DNA of 64,000 bases, taken from assembly GCA_002269645.1 (NCBI GenBank), contig NIVC01000093.1:806001-870000 (forward strand). The letters run 5' to 3'. Made by a program: the position numbers and the translations under genes. Below the pieces are notes generated by a model, which was not told where the DNA came from, did not search any database, and saw only the letters and a program-made list of their open reading frames with translations. Below are positions 13,101-25,585 of this stretch, piece after piece. How positions within the stretch are numbered: the first letter of the stretch is position 1; the number at the start of each line of letters is the position of its first letter. Origin of the DNA: Macrostomum lignano (Eukaryota).

Positions 13101-14076
13101 TTTGCCTTGACGCTGTGCATAGGCTGGCTGCAGACCTTCGGTGTCCTGACGGTGGAGCCATACAAACAGAGCTGTCCACTTCTGTTTGTTTGAGGCCTTC
13201 CATTTCTAGCCGACAAAGAGGCAATGATAGTTCAAGGCGCTGATAGTTTAAGGTGCTTCTGTATAATGATCGTGATTGCCGTCTCTTGCTACCAGCTGAA
13301 GCACCTTCGCTGAGCAGCCTCGTCTCGTCTCTGGCTGGGGTTGACTAAAACAGCACAAAACAAGGGTTTGAAAAGTTCTAGTTGCCAAATCAGCTTCCAA
13401 TGCTTAAGATTTACTACGGTTAATAATGGATTTTTTTCGGGAGGCTTGCGATAATTAATCAGACTATTGTGCAAGGGGTCTGGCACTCTCTTAATCTTCT
13501 AATCGCTTTTTGTCTCTCTCTCTCTCTGACCGTTGTTTTTTAAGACTTTAAAAAATATTTTAAGTCATTACATTTGCATGAAATAATTAGTGGCGTGCTA
13601 ATACCTCTGAGGCGGCCAACCTTTGCAGTTTGAACATTGTCCTAATTGAGTCGAGCAAGCCAGACAGTCGCTAAACTAGCTATGCTAACTGACTCTCTGT
13701 ACAACAAGGCCAATGGAAGGAAACAGGGGTTGATAGTCAAGTTGATCACTCGCAGCTGAAGTGAAAGATCTATGCTGTCGAGTTGAGAAATCGAGATAGC
13801 AGTAGAGAGAAGTCCAGGTTAACTTGACTAAGAAATTGATAAGAGCAGGGAGAGCCAGGCGCTGGGCAGATCAATCTAGGGGTCGATGTTGAGTAAACCG
13901 CTTCTGTGCCTTCTGATTGACCATTGCATTCTTCTTGCCTTGCGAAAATTATCTCTGTTATATAGGTATATAGACTAGACTCCGAGATCAATTTGAGCTC
14001 CGTCTGTCTTTCAGGTTTAAATCTCTCTAAAATCTCGACCAGCACCGATTTAAAAAAGTCAGAAAATTAAACAAGA

Positions 14077-17000
14077 ATGAGCATATTATTTGCTGTTGTA
14101 CGCGCGGTTACCTATGTGTACGACTTTGTCACCTGGCCTCTGTATTATTTTTTGTACGCGCCAGATGAAGTTGCTAAAAATAGTAGGAAAGTTCGAGCTA
14201 AACGGCTTAGTAACGATCCGGAGTCGCCTTGGCGCTGCGTCGAATCCATGGACAAGCTGGTTGAGAAGCCTACTTTAGCTGTTGACAGCATGGCAGATAT
14301 GCTGCGCATTGCTGTCGCTAAATACCCGAGCAAACGGTGCCTGGGCACTCGCGAGCTGCTGTCGGAGGAAGACGAGGTTCGTTAGCGATGGAGTTTTGTT
14401 TGCTTATTTACTTAAGTCAGATTATAGATTGGGGTCAGCACAGACTGCGGTTGGGTGTCAGTACAGACTGAGGTTGGGTGTCAGCACAGACTGCAGTTGG
14501 GTGTCAGCACAAACTGGTGTTGGGTGTCAGCACAAACTGGAGTTGGATGTCAGCACAGACTGCGGTTGGGTGTCAGCACAGACTGAGGTTGGGTGTCAGC
14601 ACAGACTGCAGTTGGGTGTCAGCACAAACTGGTGTTGGGTGTCAGCACAAACTGGAGTTGGATGTCAGCACAGACTGCGGTTGGGTGTCAGCAACTACTG
14701 GGTTTGGGTGTCAGCACAAACTGGGGTTGGGTGTCAGCACAGACTGCGGTTGGGTGTCAGCACAGACTGCGGTTGGGTGTCAGCACAGACTGCGGTTGGG
14801 TGTCAGCACAGACTACGGTTGGGTGTCAGCACAGACTGCGGTTGGGTGTCAGCACAGACTACGGTTGGGTGTCATCACAGACTGCGGTTGGGTGTCAGCA
14901 CAGACTGAGGTTGGGTGTCAGCACAGACTGAGGTTGGGTGTCATCACAGACTGCGGTTGGGTGTCAGCACAGACTGAGGTTGGGTGTCAGCACAGACTGA
15001 GGTTGGGTGTCAGCACAGACTGAGGTTGGGTGTCAGCAACTACTGGAGTTGGGTGTCAGCAACTACTGGAGTTGGGTGTCAGCAACTACTGGAGTTGGGT
15101 GTCAGCAACTACTGGGGTTGGGTGCCAGCAACTACTGGGTTTGGGTGTCAGCAACTACTGTGTTTGGGTGTCAGCAACTACTGTGTTTGGGTGTCAGCAA
15201 CTACTGTGTTTGGGTGTCAGCAACTACTGTGTTTGGGTGTCAGCAACTACTGGGTTTGGGTGTCAGCAACTACTGTGTTTGGGTGTCAGCACAAACTGGG
15301 GTTGGGTGCCAGCAACTACTGGAGTTGGGTGTCAGCACAGACTACGGTTGGGTGTCTTATAAAGTCGCAGTTATCTTATCAATTGTAGCGCCAGCCCAAT
15401 GGCCGCGTATTCAAGAAGCTCTGCTTCGGCGATTATCACTGGGAGACTTACGAGGAGGTCAACATCCGGGTTGACAATTTCGGCCGAGGCTTGGCCAACC
15501 TCGGCATGAAGCCGACTAAGAGGATTCTCGTATTCGCCGAGACCCGAGCCGAATGGCAAATCTGTGTTAACGCCGCTTTCCGATTTAATCACCCCGTGGT
15601 GACGCTATATTCCACTTTGGGCGACGACGCCATTGTCTATGGGATTAACCAGGCCGAGGTGGACATTGTCATCACGTCGGACAGTTTGGTGTCCAAGTTT
15701 AAAAATTTTTTGCCGAAAATTTCCCAGGTTGGAGTTTGTAACCTTGAGAATATTTTGATAGTGTCTAGTCTGTCTCAGCTTCAGTCTCACCTGTCTTATC
15801 TACTGTCTCACCTGTCTTATCTACTGTCTCACCTGTCTCAACTTACTGTCTCATTTGTCTTATCTACTGTCAGACAGTAGATACATGCGCAACCTTGGGA
15901 ATCACCCGGCCGTTTCTATAGGCAACACACACATGTAAGTCGCTATTGGCTGAGAGCAGTCACGTGACTACTATTCTGTCCAATAGCGACACACATGTGT
16001 GTGTTGCCAATAGAAACGGCCGGGTGAATCCCAAGGTTGCACCCAAGCATGTACTGTCTCACCTGTCTTATCTATTGCCTCACCTGTCCTAGCTACCAAA
16101 TCACCTGTCCTAGCTGCCATCTCACCTGTCCTAGCTACCATCTCACCTGTCCTAGCTACCATATCACCTGTCCTAGCTGCCATCTCACCTGTCCTAGCTA
16201 CCATCTCACCTGTCCTAGCTACCATCTCACCTGTCCTAGCTACCATCTCACCTGTCCTAGCTACCATATCACCTGTCGTAGCTGCCATCTCACCTGTCCT
16301 AGCTACCATCTCACATGTCCTAGCTACCATCTCACATGTCCTAGCTACCATCTCACATGTCCTAGCTACCATCTCACCTGTCCTAGCTACACACCATCTC
16401 ACCTGTCCTAGCTACCATCTCACCTGTCCTAGCTACCATCTCACCTGTTCTAGCTACCATCTCACCTGTCCTAGCTACCATCTCACCTGTCCTAGCTACC
16501 ATCTCACCTGTCCTAGCTACCATCTCACCTGTATTATCTACTGTTTCACCTGTCCTAGCCACTGTCACTAATCCGCCCCGTAGGTGAAGCACATAATCTA
16601 CATGGACAACGGCGTATTCGGCGGCTCCAAAGATCCCAAACTGCAGCTGGGCGAAATCAACGGAGTCCAATTCCATGCCATGACAAGCGTTGAACGGCTC
16701 GGCAAGCAGCAGGCGGCCGCCAAGTCCACCCAGTCGGCCGCATCGTCGCCGAAGAGCGGCGATCTAGCCGTGATTATGTACACTAGCGGCAGCACTGGCC
16801 TACCCAGAGGCGTCATGATCACCCATGGCAACCTCATGGCAACGATTGCTAGCGCAGTAGATCGTATACCTCAGTTTGGTCGTCGACCGGACGACACTTA
16901 TATTGGCTACCTGCCGCTGGCTCACGTGCTCGAATTAGTTGCCGAACTGGCTTGTCTAACAGGCGGCGTGCCTATTGGTTATAGCAGTCCACTAACGCTT

Positions 17001-19882
17001 AGCGACGTGTCTAACAAAATCAAGAAAGGCACCAAAGGCGATATTAGCGTGTTGAAGCCTACGCTGATGGCCGCCGTGCCAGCTATTATGGATCGGATCT
17101 CTAAGAATGTCTGGGAGAAGGTTAACGACGGCGGCGCCGTGTCTAAGGCGCTGTTCAATTGGGCCTACGATTATAAAAAGGATCGAATGCTGCGCGGTAT
17201 GCCTTCGCCTCTGCTGGACAAGATTATATTTAATAAGGTTGGTTGGCCTTTACCTACGAGTAATTGTTCTTGATTGCATGTGCTTATATTGCATAGATTT
17301 ATGGTGTGCTGGTTGATAAATTTAATTAGATGGTTGGTGATGGATGAGGCTTAATTAGTGGGGTGGTGGGTGAGGCCAATTAGTGGGGTGGTGGGTGAGG
17401 CCAATTAGTGGGGTGGTGGGTGAGGCCAATTAGTGGGGTGGTGGGTGAGGCCAATTAGTGGGGTGGTGGGTAAGGCCAATTAGTGGGGTGGTGGGTGAGG
17501 CAAATTAGTGGGGTGGTGGGTGAGGCAAATTAGTGGGGTGGTGGGTGAGGCCAATTAGTGGAGTGGTGGGTGAGGCCAATTAGTGGGGTGGTGGGTGAGG
17601 CCAATTAGTTTGGTGGTGGGTGAGGCGAATAAGTGGGGTGGTGGGTGAGGCGAATTAGTGGGGTGGTGGGTGAGGCGAATTAGTGGGGTGGTGGGTGAGT
17701 CGAATTAGTGGGGTGTGGGTGATAACTCAATGAGTCGTGGCTGCAGCCAATCAGAATTTAAGGCAATTCTCAAATCCATCATACGTCACCTCATTCGGCC
17801 CCAATTTCCCGATAAAAAATCGCAGGTAAAATCCCTACTAGGCGGCCGTGTACGCGTTATGCTCAGCGGCGGCGCCCCGCTGTCAACTGAGACGCAACGA
17901 TTTATGAACGTCTGCTTCGGCATCCCAATAGTGCAAGGCTACGGCCTGACTGAGACCACCGGAGCTGGCACGGTGCAGACTGTTGATGATATCAGCACTG
18001 GCCGGGCTGGGCCGCCTCTGGCTTGCTGTCAGATCCGCCTGCGCGACTGGGCAGAAGGCGGCTACAGCAGCCGGGACCAGCCGTGTCCACGCGGCGAAGT
18101 ACTAATTGGCGGCAATAACGTGACGCTTGGCTATTTTAAAATGCCGGACAAGACTAAAGAGGATTTCTTTGTCGATTCCGATGGGATTCGCTGGTTTTGC
18201 ACGGGCGACATCGGACTGTTCAATGTTAACGGCACTTTGGAGATTGTCGATAGGAAGAAGGATCTAGTTAAACTGCAGGGTGGCGAGTATATTTCGCTTG
18301 GCAAAGTTGAGACTGCTCTGGGCGTCTCAGCCTTTGTTGAACAACTGTGCGTCTATGGCGATAGTTTCAAGGATCACACGGTGGCTATTGTTGTGCCGAA
18401 GAAGACTCAGGTTGGTTGCTGTTCGGTTGTCTGTTTGCTTTGCAGATTTATAGAATTGTGTCAGGTAGATTTGTAGTCTTGTGTCAGGTAGATTTGTAGA
18501 CTTGTGTCAGGTAGATTTGTAGATTTGTGTCAGGTAGATTTGTAGTCTTGTGTCAGGTAGATTTGTAGAATTGTGTCAGGTAGATTTGTAGTCTTGTGTC
18601 AGGTAGATTTGTAGACTTGTGTCAGGTAGATTTGTAGATTTGTGTCAGGTAGATTTGTAGTCTTGTGTCAGGTAGATTTGTAGATTTGTGTCAGGTAGAT
18701 TTGTAGTCTTGTGTCAGGTAGATTTGAAGAATTGTGTCAGGTAGATTTGTAGAATTGTGTCAGGTAGATTTGTAGAATTGTGTCAGGTAGATTTGAAGAA
18801 TTGTGTCAGGTAGATTTGTAGATTTGTGTCAGGTAGATTTGTAGATTTGTGTCAGGTAGATTTGTAGATTTGTGTCAGGTAGATTTGTAGATTAGTGTCA
18901 GGTAGATTTGTAGATTTGTGTCAGGTAGATTTGTAGATTTGTGTCAGGTAGATTTGTAGATTTGTGTCAGGTAGATTTGTAGACTTGTGTCAGGTAGATT
19001 TGTAGACTTGTGTCAGGTAGATTTGTAGATTTGTGTCAGGTAGATTTGTAGACTTGTGTCAGGTAGATTTGTAGATTTTTATCAGGTAGATTTGTAGATT
19101 TGTGTCAGGTAGATTTGTAGATTTGTGTCAGGTAGATTTGTAGACTTGTGTCAGGTAGATTTGTAGACTTGTGTCAGGTAGATTTGTAGATTTGTGTCAG
19201 GTAGATTTGTAAATTTGTGTCAGGTAGATTTGTAGATTTGTGTCAGGTAAACTAAAAAATTGGGTCTCTTAGATTTTTAAATTAGGTCTGACTTTTTAAA
19301 AATTGTGTCAGGTAGGTTCTTAGATTTTTCAAATTTTAGAATTGTGTCAGGTAGATTTGTAGAATTGTGTCAAATTTTTAGAACTGTGTCAGGTTTTTAG
19401 AATTGTTTCAGATTTGCAGAATTGTGTCAGATTTGCAGAATTGTGTCAGATTTGCAGAATTGTGTCAGATTTGCAGAATTGTGTCAGATTTGCAGAATTG
19501 TGTCAGATTTGCAGAATTGTGTCAGATTTGTAAAACCGTGTCAGGTAGATTTGAAGAACTAAATGAATTATATCCAATTTCAATTCGTCAGGTGATGCAG
19601 CTAGCCGAGAAGCTGGGCATCTCTGGCGACACCGACGCCACAGGTGACAGCTACGAGTCGCTATTAAAGAACAAAGCGATTAAAGATGCCGTATTGAAAG
19701 ATCTGCAGTCGAAAGCGGCTGGCAAAGTGGAACGATTTGAACTGCCTACCCGGGTGTACCTGACCTCGGAGCAGTGGACGCCGGAGTCTGGCCTCGTCAC
19801 CGATGCTCTCAAACTCAAGCGCCGCCAGCTGCAGGATCATTTCCAGTCTGAAATTGACCGGATGTACTCTGGCTCTGTTTAG
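14077..19882 (+). CDS. ACSL3/4: Long-chain fatty-acid-CoA ligase 3/4-like (722 aa, 5 exons)
   Basis: Exons 14077-14376, 15389-15727, 16584-17237, 17826-18410 and 19592-19882, all GT-AG and all phase 0. Motifs: AMP-binding YTSGSTGLPRG, YLPLAHVLE, QGYGLTET, WFCTGDIG, DRKKDLVKLQGGEYISLGKVE, WTPESGLVTDALKLKR. Confidence 0.96.
14431..15355 (+). repeat. 23-bp minisatellite (GGGTGTCAGCACAGACTGCGGTT) filling ACSL intron 1
   Basis: Direct reading; the unit variant drifts to ...CAACTACTGTGTTT toward the 3' end. Confidence 0.95.
15776..16562 (+). repeat. 21-bp minisatellite (CTCACCTGTCCTAGCTACCAT) in ACSL intron 2, interrupted by a MITE
   Basis: Direct reading of tandem units on both sides of 15882-16053. 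Confidence 0.92.
15882..16053. mobile_element. Palindromic ~170-bp MITE, copy 1
   Basis: TACATG...CATGTA termini, near-perfect fold-back and a central GTCACGTGAC. Three more copies occur in the window. Confidence 0.85.
17350..17717 (+). repeat. 25-bp G-rich minisatellite (AATTAGTGGGGTGGTGGGTGAGGCC) in ACSL intron 3
   Basis: Direct reading; period 25. Confidence 0.95.
18455..19548 (+). repeat. 23-bp minisatellite (TTGTGTCAGGTAGATTTGTAGAN) grading to a 19-bp unit, ACSL intron 4
   Basis: Direct reading. Confidence 0.95.
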
Positions 19883-21650
19883 AGCTATAAAATCACCTGC
19901 TTGTTGAGAGACTCATCTGTTGCTGATTTCAAAAAGTACAATCGGTTATGCTTGTCAGGATGTCAGCTGCTATAAATTCTATTTCGTCATCAAAGCCACC
20001 CGTTGAAAAACGTTACTGGGGGAAAAGAATCGCTAAAGATTCATTGCGAACAACTAATTAGTGGGTCTGGGACGACTCTTGTGACTTTTTAAGGACTGTT
20101 AAGAAGTGGAAAAGTCGCGGAAAAAAATTCGGTTGTGTTGGCGCTCAACTTTCTACTAACTCAAGTAGACAAGATAGAGTTGTTGACAAAGATTTAGAAG
20201 TTAAAATATAGCAATTGTGGGGTGGTGACTTTGCTTCATGGTTTGTTAGATGCTTTTTAGATACTACTAAATTAAGTAGTAGTAGTTTCACTTAAGTAGT
20301 AAGTTTTCTTCTTACGTCTTCTTCCGAGGCAAAAATAAGTTTAGCATAATCATTTTAATTAATGATTATAAATTAAATTACAAAGCTATTTAACAAATGG
20401 ACACTCTGTCTTCAACGTAGTACTACTTTAGTGAGTAGTTAGTGTGAATTCATAAATCTGTATCTTGACATTTTTTCTTTCTCTGATTGTGTTTTTATTT
20501 TATCTTGTCGCGTTATAATACGAGTGGATGATCTTTCTATATTTATTAGCATAATTTTTAATAATAAGCCTAATCTGCGATTTCTGAGGTATTTTGTAAT
20601 GCCCTCTGGCCATTGTGTGTTTAGTTAGTTTATTACTATTAGCAGTAGTTATTATTAGTCTATTTGGAACTTCTCTTTTTAAAAAAACAGTTGTTTTTTT
20701 TGCTTTTCCTGCTTGATTTTGTTTATTGTGTTCAATGTTGATAAAGTTGAGTGTTAATCTGATAAATCTAAGCTTCTAACTTGATAAACTGAATAGGATC
20801 CAGTTTTGTAAAATTCTAATTTAATTTAGTCAAGCCTTCATTTAATCGAGGTTAGTATTACTCGTATTATTATTATTATACTATGTTTCATTATTATGTA
20901 TACTACGCAGTCATTAGCAAAAGTTTACTAATATAATTTTGAAATATTTTATTAATTATATTCGTCCTATCCTAATAGCAAGCAAAAACGTAAGCCATAA
21001 CGCTTTAACAAGTTTCTTAGTTCACTGTTTATTATAATTTGTGTTGTTCGCTTGCGCTTGTCTTTTTTGTTGTTATTTTGTTATACTACTAATTTTCTTG
21101 TCTATTTATATTTGCTAAGCCCGAGTTACATTTTGTTTTGCTTTGTTTATTTAGCACAATCAGATACGGGCGGGTGCGCTATTACAATGACACTCTTTTT
21201 TCAAATGCATTGGCACCTGCTTTAGTTAGTTTATGTATTAGTAGCACACCCCTAATATTGTACATCTAACGATCAATTTTGGCCATCTTTTGTTAATTAA
21301 GAACATTGTGAGACATGTGGATTGAAAATGAAAATAAACTTCAACTGATGTACTTTAATCGACGGTTTAAAGCAGACACACCGAATTTGTGCGTTTAAAG
21401 AAATGTCTGGCAGTTAAAAATGCTTGTTTGCTAATTTAACCGGAATTTGTGTTGATTTTTTAAAACATTCTGCCGTAGCGATTTAATTTCTAACTGATCT
21501 ATAACCAAAAATGCCACGATTAGTAGGAATACATTAAATATTGTATTTTAGGGTCTATTTATTTAGAGTCTAGAATTGTCTAGTTGTACGCTACTGCTGA
21601 TAGTAGAAATACGAACATTTTCTCCTATTTTACAATTCATGTCATGAGTC

Positions 21651-24600
21651 ATGAGTGCAAATGATTCGAAAAAAATAATTACTGAAGCCGGCGTTCGTAT
21701 ACGGTTGGCGACCAATTACGACAGCCCAAGCGGTCACGCGCGCGGCGCTGACGACGAAGCTGGCGCCGGTAACGGCGGCGGCGCGTTTTTTAATCCCAAA
21801 ATGCGCTGCAATCGAGCATTCGTTTGCGCGTCTTTGGCCGCGCTTGTTGAATCGCGCGATCCGGTCAGCGGGCCAATTGACTGTCTTGACGGCTTCTCAG
21901 CCTCTGGCGCTATGGCGCTTCAGTGGAAGGCAAGTTTTGCATTGTATTTTTTTCAGCGACAATCTTCCAGAAACCTTACTGAGTATTCTCTTATCCTAAC
22001 CGATATCAAATTTATCGATATATATAATCATCGCTATAATCATCGATATCAAACTCCTATAATTATCGATATCAAACTCCTATAATTATCGATATCAAAC
22101 TCCTATAATTATCGATATCAAACTCCTATAATTATCGAGATGAAACTCCTAAATTTATGGATAGCAAACTTCTATAATTATCGATATCAAACTCCAAAAT
22201 TAATCGATATTAAACTCCTATAATTATCGATATGAAACTTCTATAATTATCGATATGAAACTTCTATAATTATCGATATCAAACTCCTATAATTATCGAT
22301 ATCAAACTCCTATAATTATCGAGATGAAACTCCTAAATTTATGGATAGCAAACTTCTATAATTATCGATATCAAACTCCAAAATTAATCGATATTAAACT
22401 CCTATAATTATCGATATGAAACTTCTATAATTATCGATATGAAACTTCTATAATTATCGATATCAAACTCCTATAATTATCGATATCAAACTCCTATGAT
22501 TTACTATCAAATCATCGATGAAACTCCTATTATCGATGATTCACTCTATTCTTACTGACTAAGTACTCCTCTTTTGGTAATTTGTAATAAAAAAATTTCC
22601 CCTGTGTTTCCATCTTTCCATTGCCACACCAATTGTCTCAACCGCAGACCCGGCTGGTCTCAAAAATCCGCGTTCTCGCCGTCGACCGTTGCCCATCGGC
22701 AATGTCGGCTCTGGAGGCCAACTGCGAATTGAACGGCGTCCACTGGCGTCGGGTTCGACCGCACGAGGTTGCCGAGCAGTTCTCCACCGACTGCGGCTCC
22801 GGCAAGCTGAAGATTCTGGTAAATCTAGTTTTATGAATGTTCGCTTTTCTAGTGTTCGTTGAAGGCAAACCTAGTGAAATATCTTTAAAAAGTATTCTGT
22901 CTTACTTTGATCGTTTCCTGCAACGCCAGCTTGATTATCGATGTAAAGATCTCAATTATCGATACACCAATCTCAATTATCGATACACCAATCTCAATTA
23001 TCGATGTAAAGATCTTAATTATCGATACACCAATCTCAATTATCGATACACCAATCTCAATTATCGATGTAAAGATCTTAATTATCGATACACCAATCTC
23101 AATTATCGATTCACCAATCTCAATTATCGATACACCAATCTCAATTAGCGATACATTAAACTCAACTATCGATACACCAATCTCAAATTATTGATACCCA
23201 TTCGCAATTATCGATGCACCAATCTAAATTATCGATATCCCAATCTCAAATTATTGATACCCATTCGCAATTAACGATGTCCTAATCTCAATTATTGATG
23301 TCCTAATCTTAATTATCTATGTCTTAATATCAATTATCGATGTCCTATTCTTAATTATTATGTCCCAAAATTTAATTATCGATGTCCCAATCTTAATTAT
23401 CGATGTCCTAATCCTAATTATTATGTCCCAAAATTCAATTATCGATGTCCGAATGAGTCTCAATTATCGATGTCCGAATGAGTCTCAACTATCGATGTCC
23501 GAATGAGTCTCAATTATCGATGCTCAATATTCAATTATTGGTGCCCATTCTCAATTATCGATGTCCCAAAATTAATATTCGTCATCCCAATCACAATAAT
23601 CGATATCTTAATCATAATTATCTATATGCCAGTTTAACGATTTCGATCGAATGACAGTTTTTTATAACAATTTTTTACATTGTTACTGTAAGTAGTCTAA
23701 ATTGCGTGTTTTGCCCAATCTTATAATAAAAACTTAATTAAACTCATTTTCCAGACCGCTCTCGAGCAGGTAAACTCCGTAATGGAAACTTGCCCATTCG
23801 ATTTTATCCATCTGGATCCGTTCGGCTCGCCGGCCGGCAATATTGAGTCGGCTCTGCGACACCTGCGCAATGGCGGCCTGCTGTCCGTCACCTGCACGGA
23901 TTTGGCCTCGCTGTTAGGCCAACAGCCGCGGGTTGGTGGCGTTGATTTTTTTCTATTATAAGTTTAAATACTTAGGTACTTTAGATTGTTAGCCCACTGT
24001 TAACAGTGTTTTGTTTATTAAATATTGATTCTTCGTCTTTCTGTTTTTTATTATGTTTTTTTTGCCCTACTATTAGTAGTTAATAAAAACTTCGTAAAAC
24101 TTGCGCGACTATACTAAAAATATCTTGCTTATTTTTTATGGACAGCCTACTTTAAATAGTGTTAAACAAAATATCTCGGGTTTTGTTTTTTTTTTAGTTT
24201 AACCCACATATGCTAAAATAACTATTGCAATATATGGGCCACTCAGGCACATGTACTAATAGTAAAATAAATTTCTACTTTCGAAGAATATATATAAAAA
24301 ATTTGTAAAAATAAAGGCAGCTGAAACGAGTTCGATAAGTTTAGAAGCCCAAGCTAGCGGGCTTGAACAACTTGCTAATTGGTTCAGCAATAATGTACAT
24401 TGGCCAGTCCACTGAAATGTACATGGCAGCTTTAGGCTGGAATTCCGAGAAAGGCAATAAAAATTGGGGCGGGGGTTAGTGTGGAAAAGCGGTTGAAGGT
24501 TTTACATGCTTGTACGCAACCTTAGGATTCACCCGGCCGTTTCTATTGGCAACACACACGTAAGTCGCTTTTGGACGGAATAGTAGTCACGTGACTGCTC

Positions 24601-25081
24601 TCAGCCAATAGCGACTTACATGTGTCTGTTGCCAATAGAAACGGCCGGGTGATTCCCAAGGTTGCGCATGTATGTCTCGGGGTAAGAGCCAATAAATGAG
24701 CCTTGGCTTTAAAAATACATTAAAATGCTTCTGTCTAACCTAACTTACTACTGAACTGTAAGTAGATTACACGCAAATGTGCTGAGTGACGCCTATCTAG
24801 TTATTCTACCTAGTTCTACTAGGTTCTACTAGGTTCAACCTAGTTGTTAGACGGTTAGCCTACTTATAGTAGTGTTTATGTAAGCCAAAACTCAATATTA
24901 TTTGCGACGCGTTTCGGCTAAAACTAGCCATCTTCAGGCACTATCGAACAGAATTTATTTCAACTTATTAAATACTGTGTAGACGACAAAATCAGGTATT
25001 GAAAAGATATAAAAGGACTAAAGGATCAATGTACAGTATAGCAATGTTCATAATATTTTTTTGTGGAATGACAGGACAGAG

Positions 25082-25125
<44 letters not shown>

Positions 25126-25519
25126 GCGTATGCGCCCCAAATGTACTCTAGCTTAGAACACCAACAGCCGTTCACTCGCACCTCCTCCAGATAGTTGGAC
25201 ATTGAGAATGGGTTTGTGTAACTTAATGTGCAGAGCTTCAAGAATGTTAAGTTTATGCTCATTTTTGCTGTTGTCTATGACCTTGAAATGAGAGGTTATG
25301 TCTGGCTCATCACAACAACTGCTCATTTTTGCTGTTGTCTATGACCTTGAAATGAGAGGTTATGTCTGGCTCATCACAACAAATGAGCATAAACTTAACA
25401 TTCTTGAAGCTCTGCACATTAAGTTACACAAACCCATTCTCAATGTCCAACTATCTGGAGGAGGTGCGAGTGAACGGCTGTTGGTGTTCTAAGCTAGAGT
25501 ACATTTGGGGCGCATACGC

Positions 25520-25585
<66 letters not shown>

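Noticed and set aside
12935-13243. Short Cys/His-containing ORFs on both strands
   Set aside because: No recognisable domain or supporting splice structure; possibly decayed repeat.
14282-15474. Overlapping Cys/Trp-rich ORFs; likewise 15971-16676, 26744-27500, 29796-30460, 45829-46155 and 51948-53040
   Set aside because: These are translations of intronic minisatellites in multiple frames.
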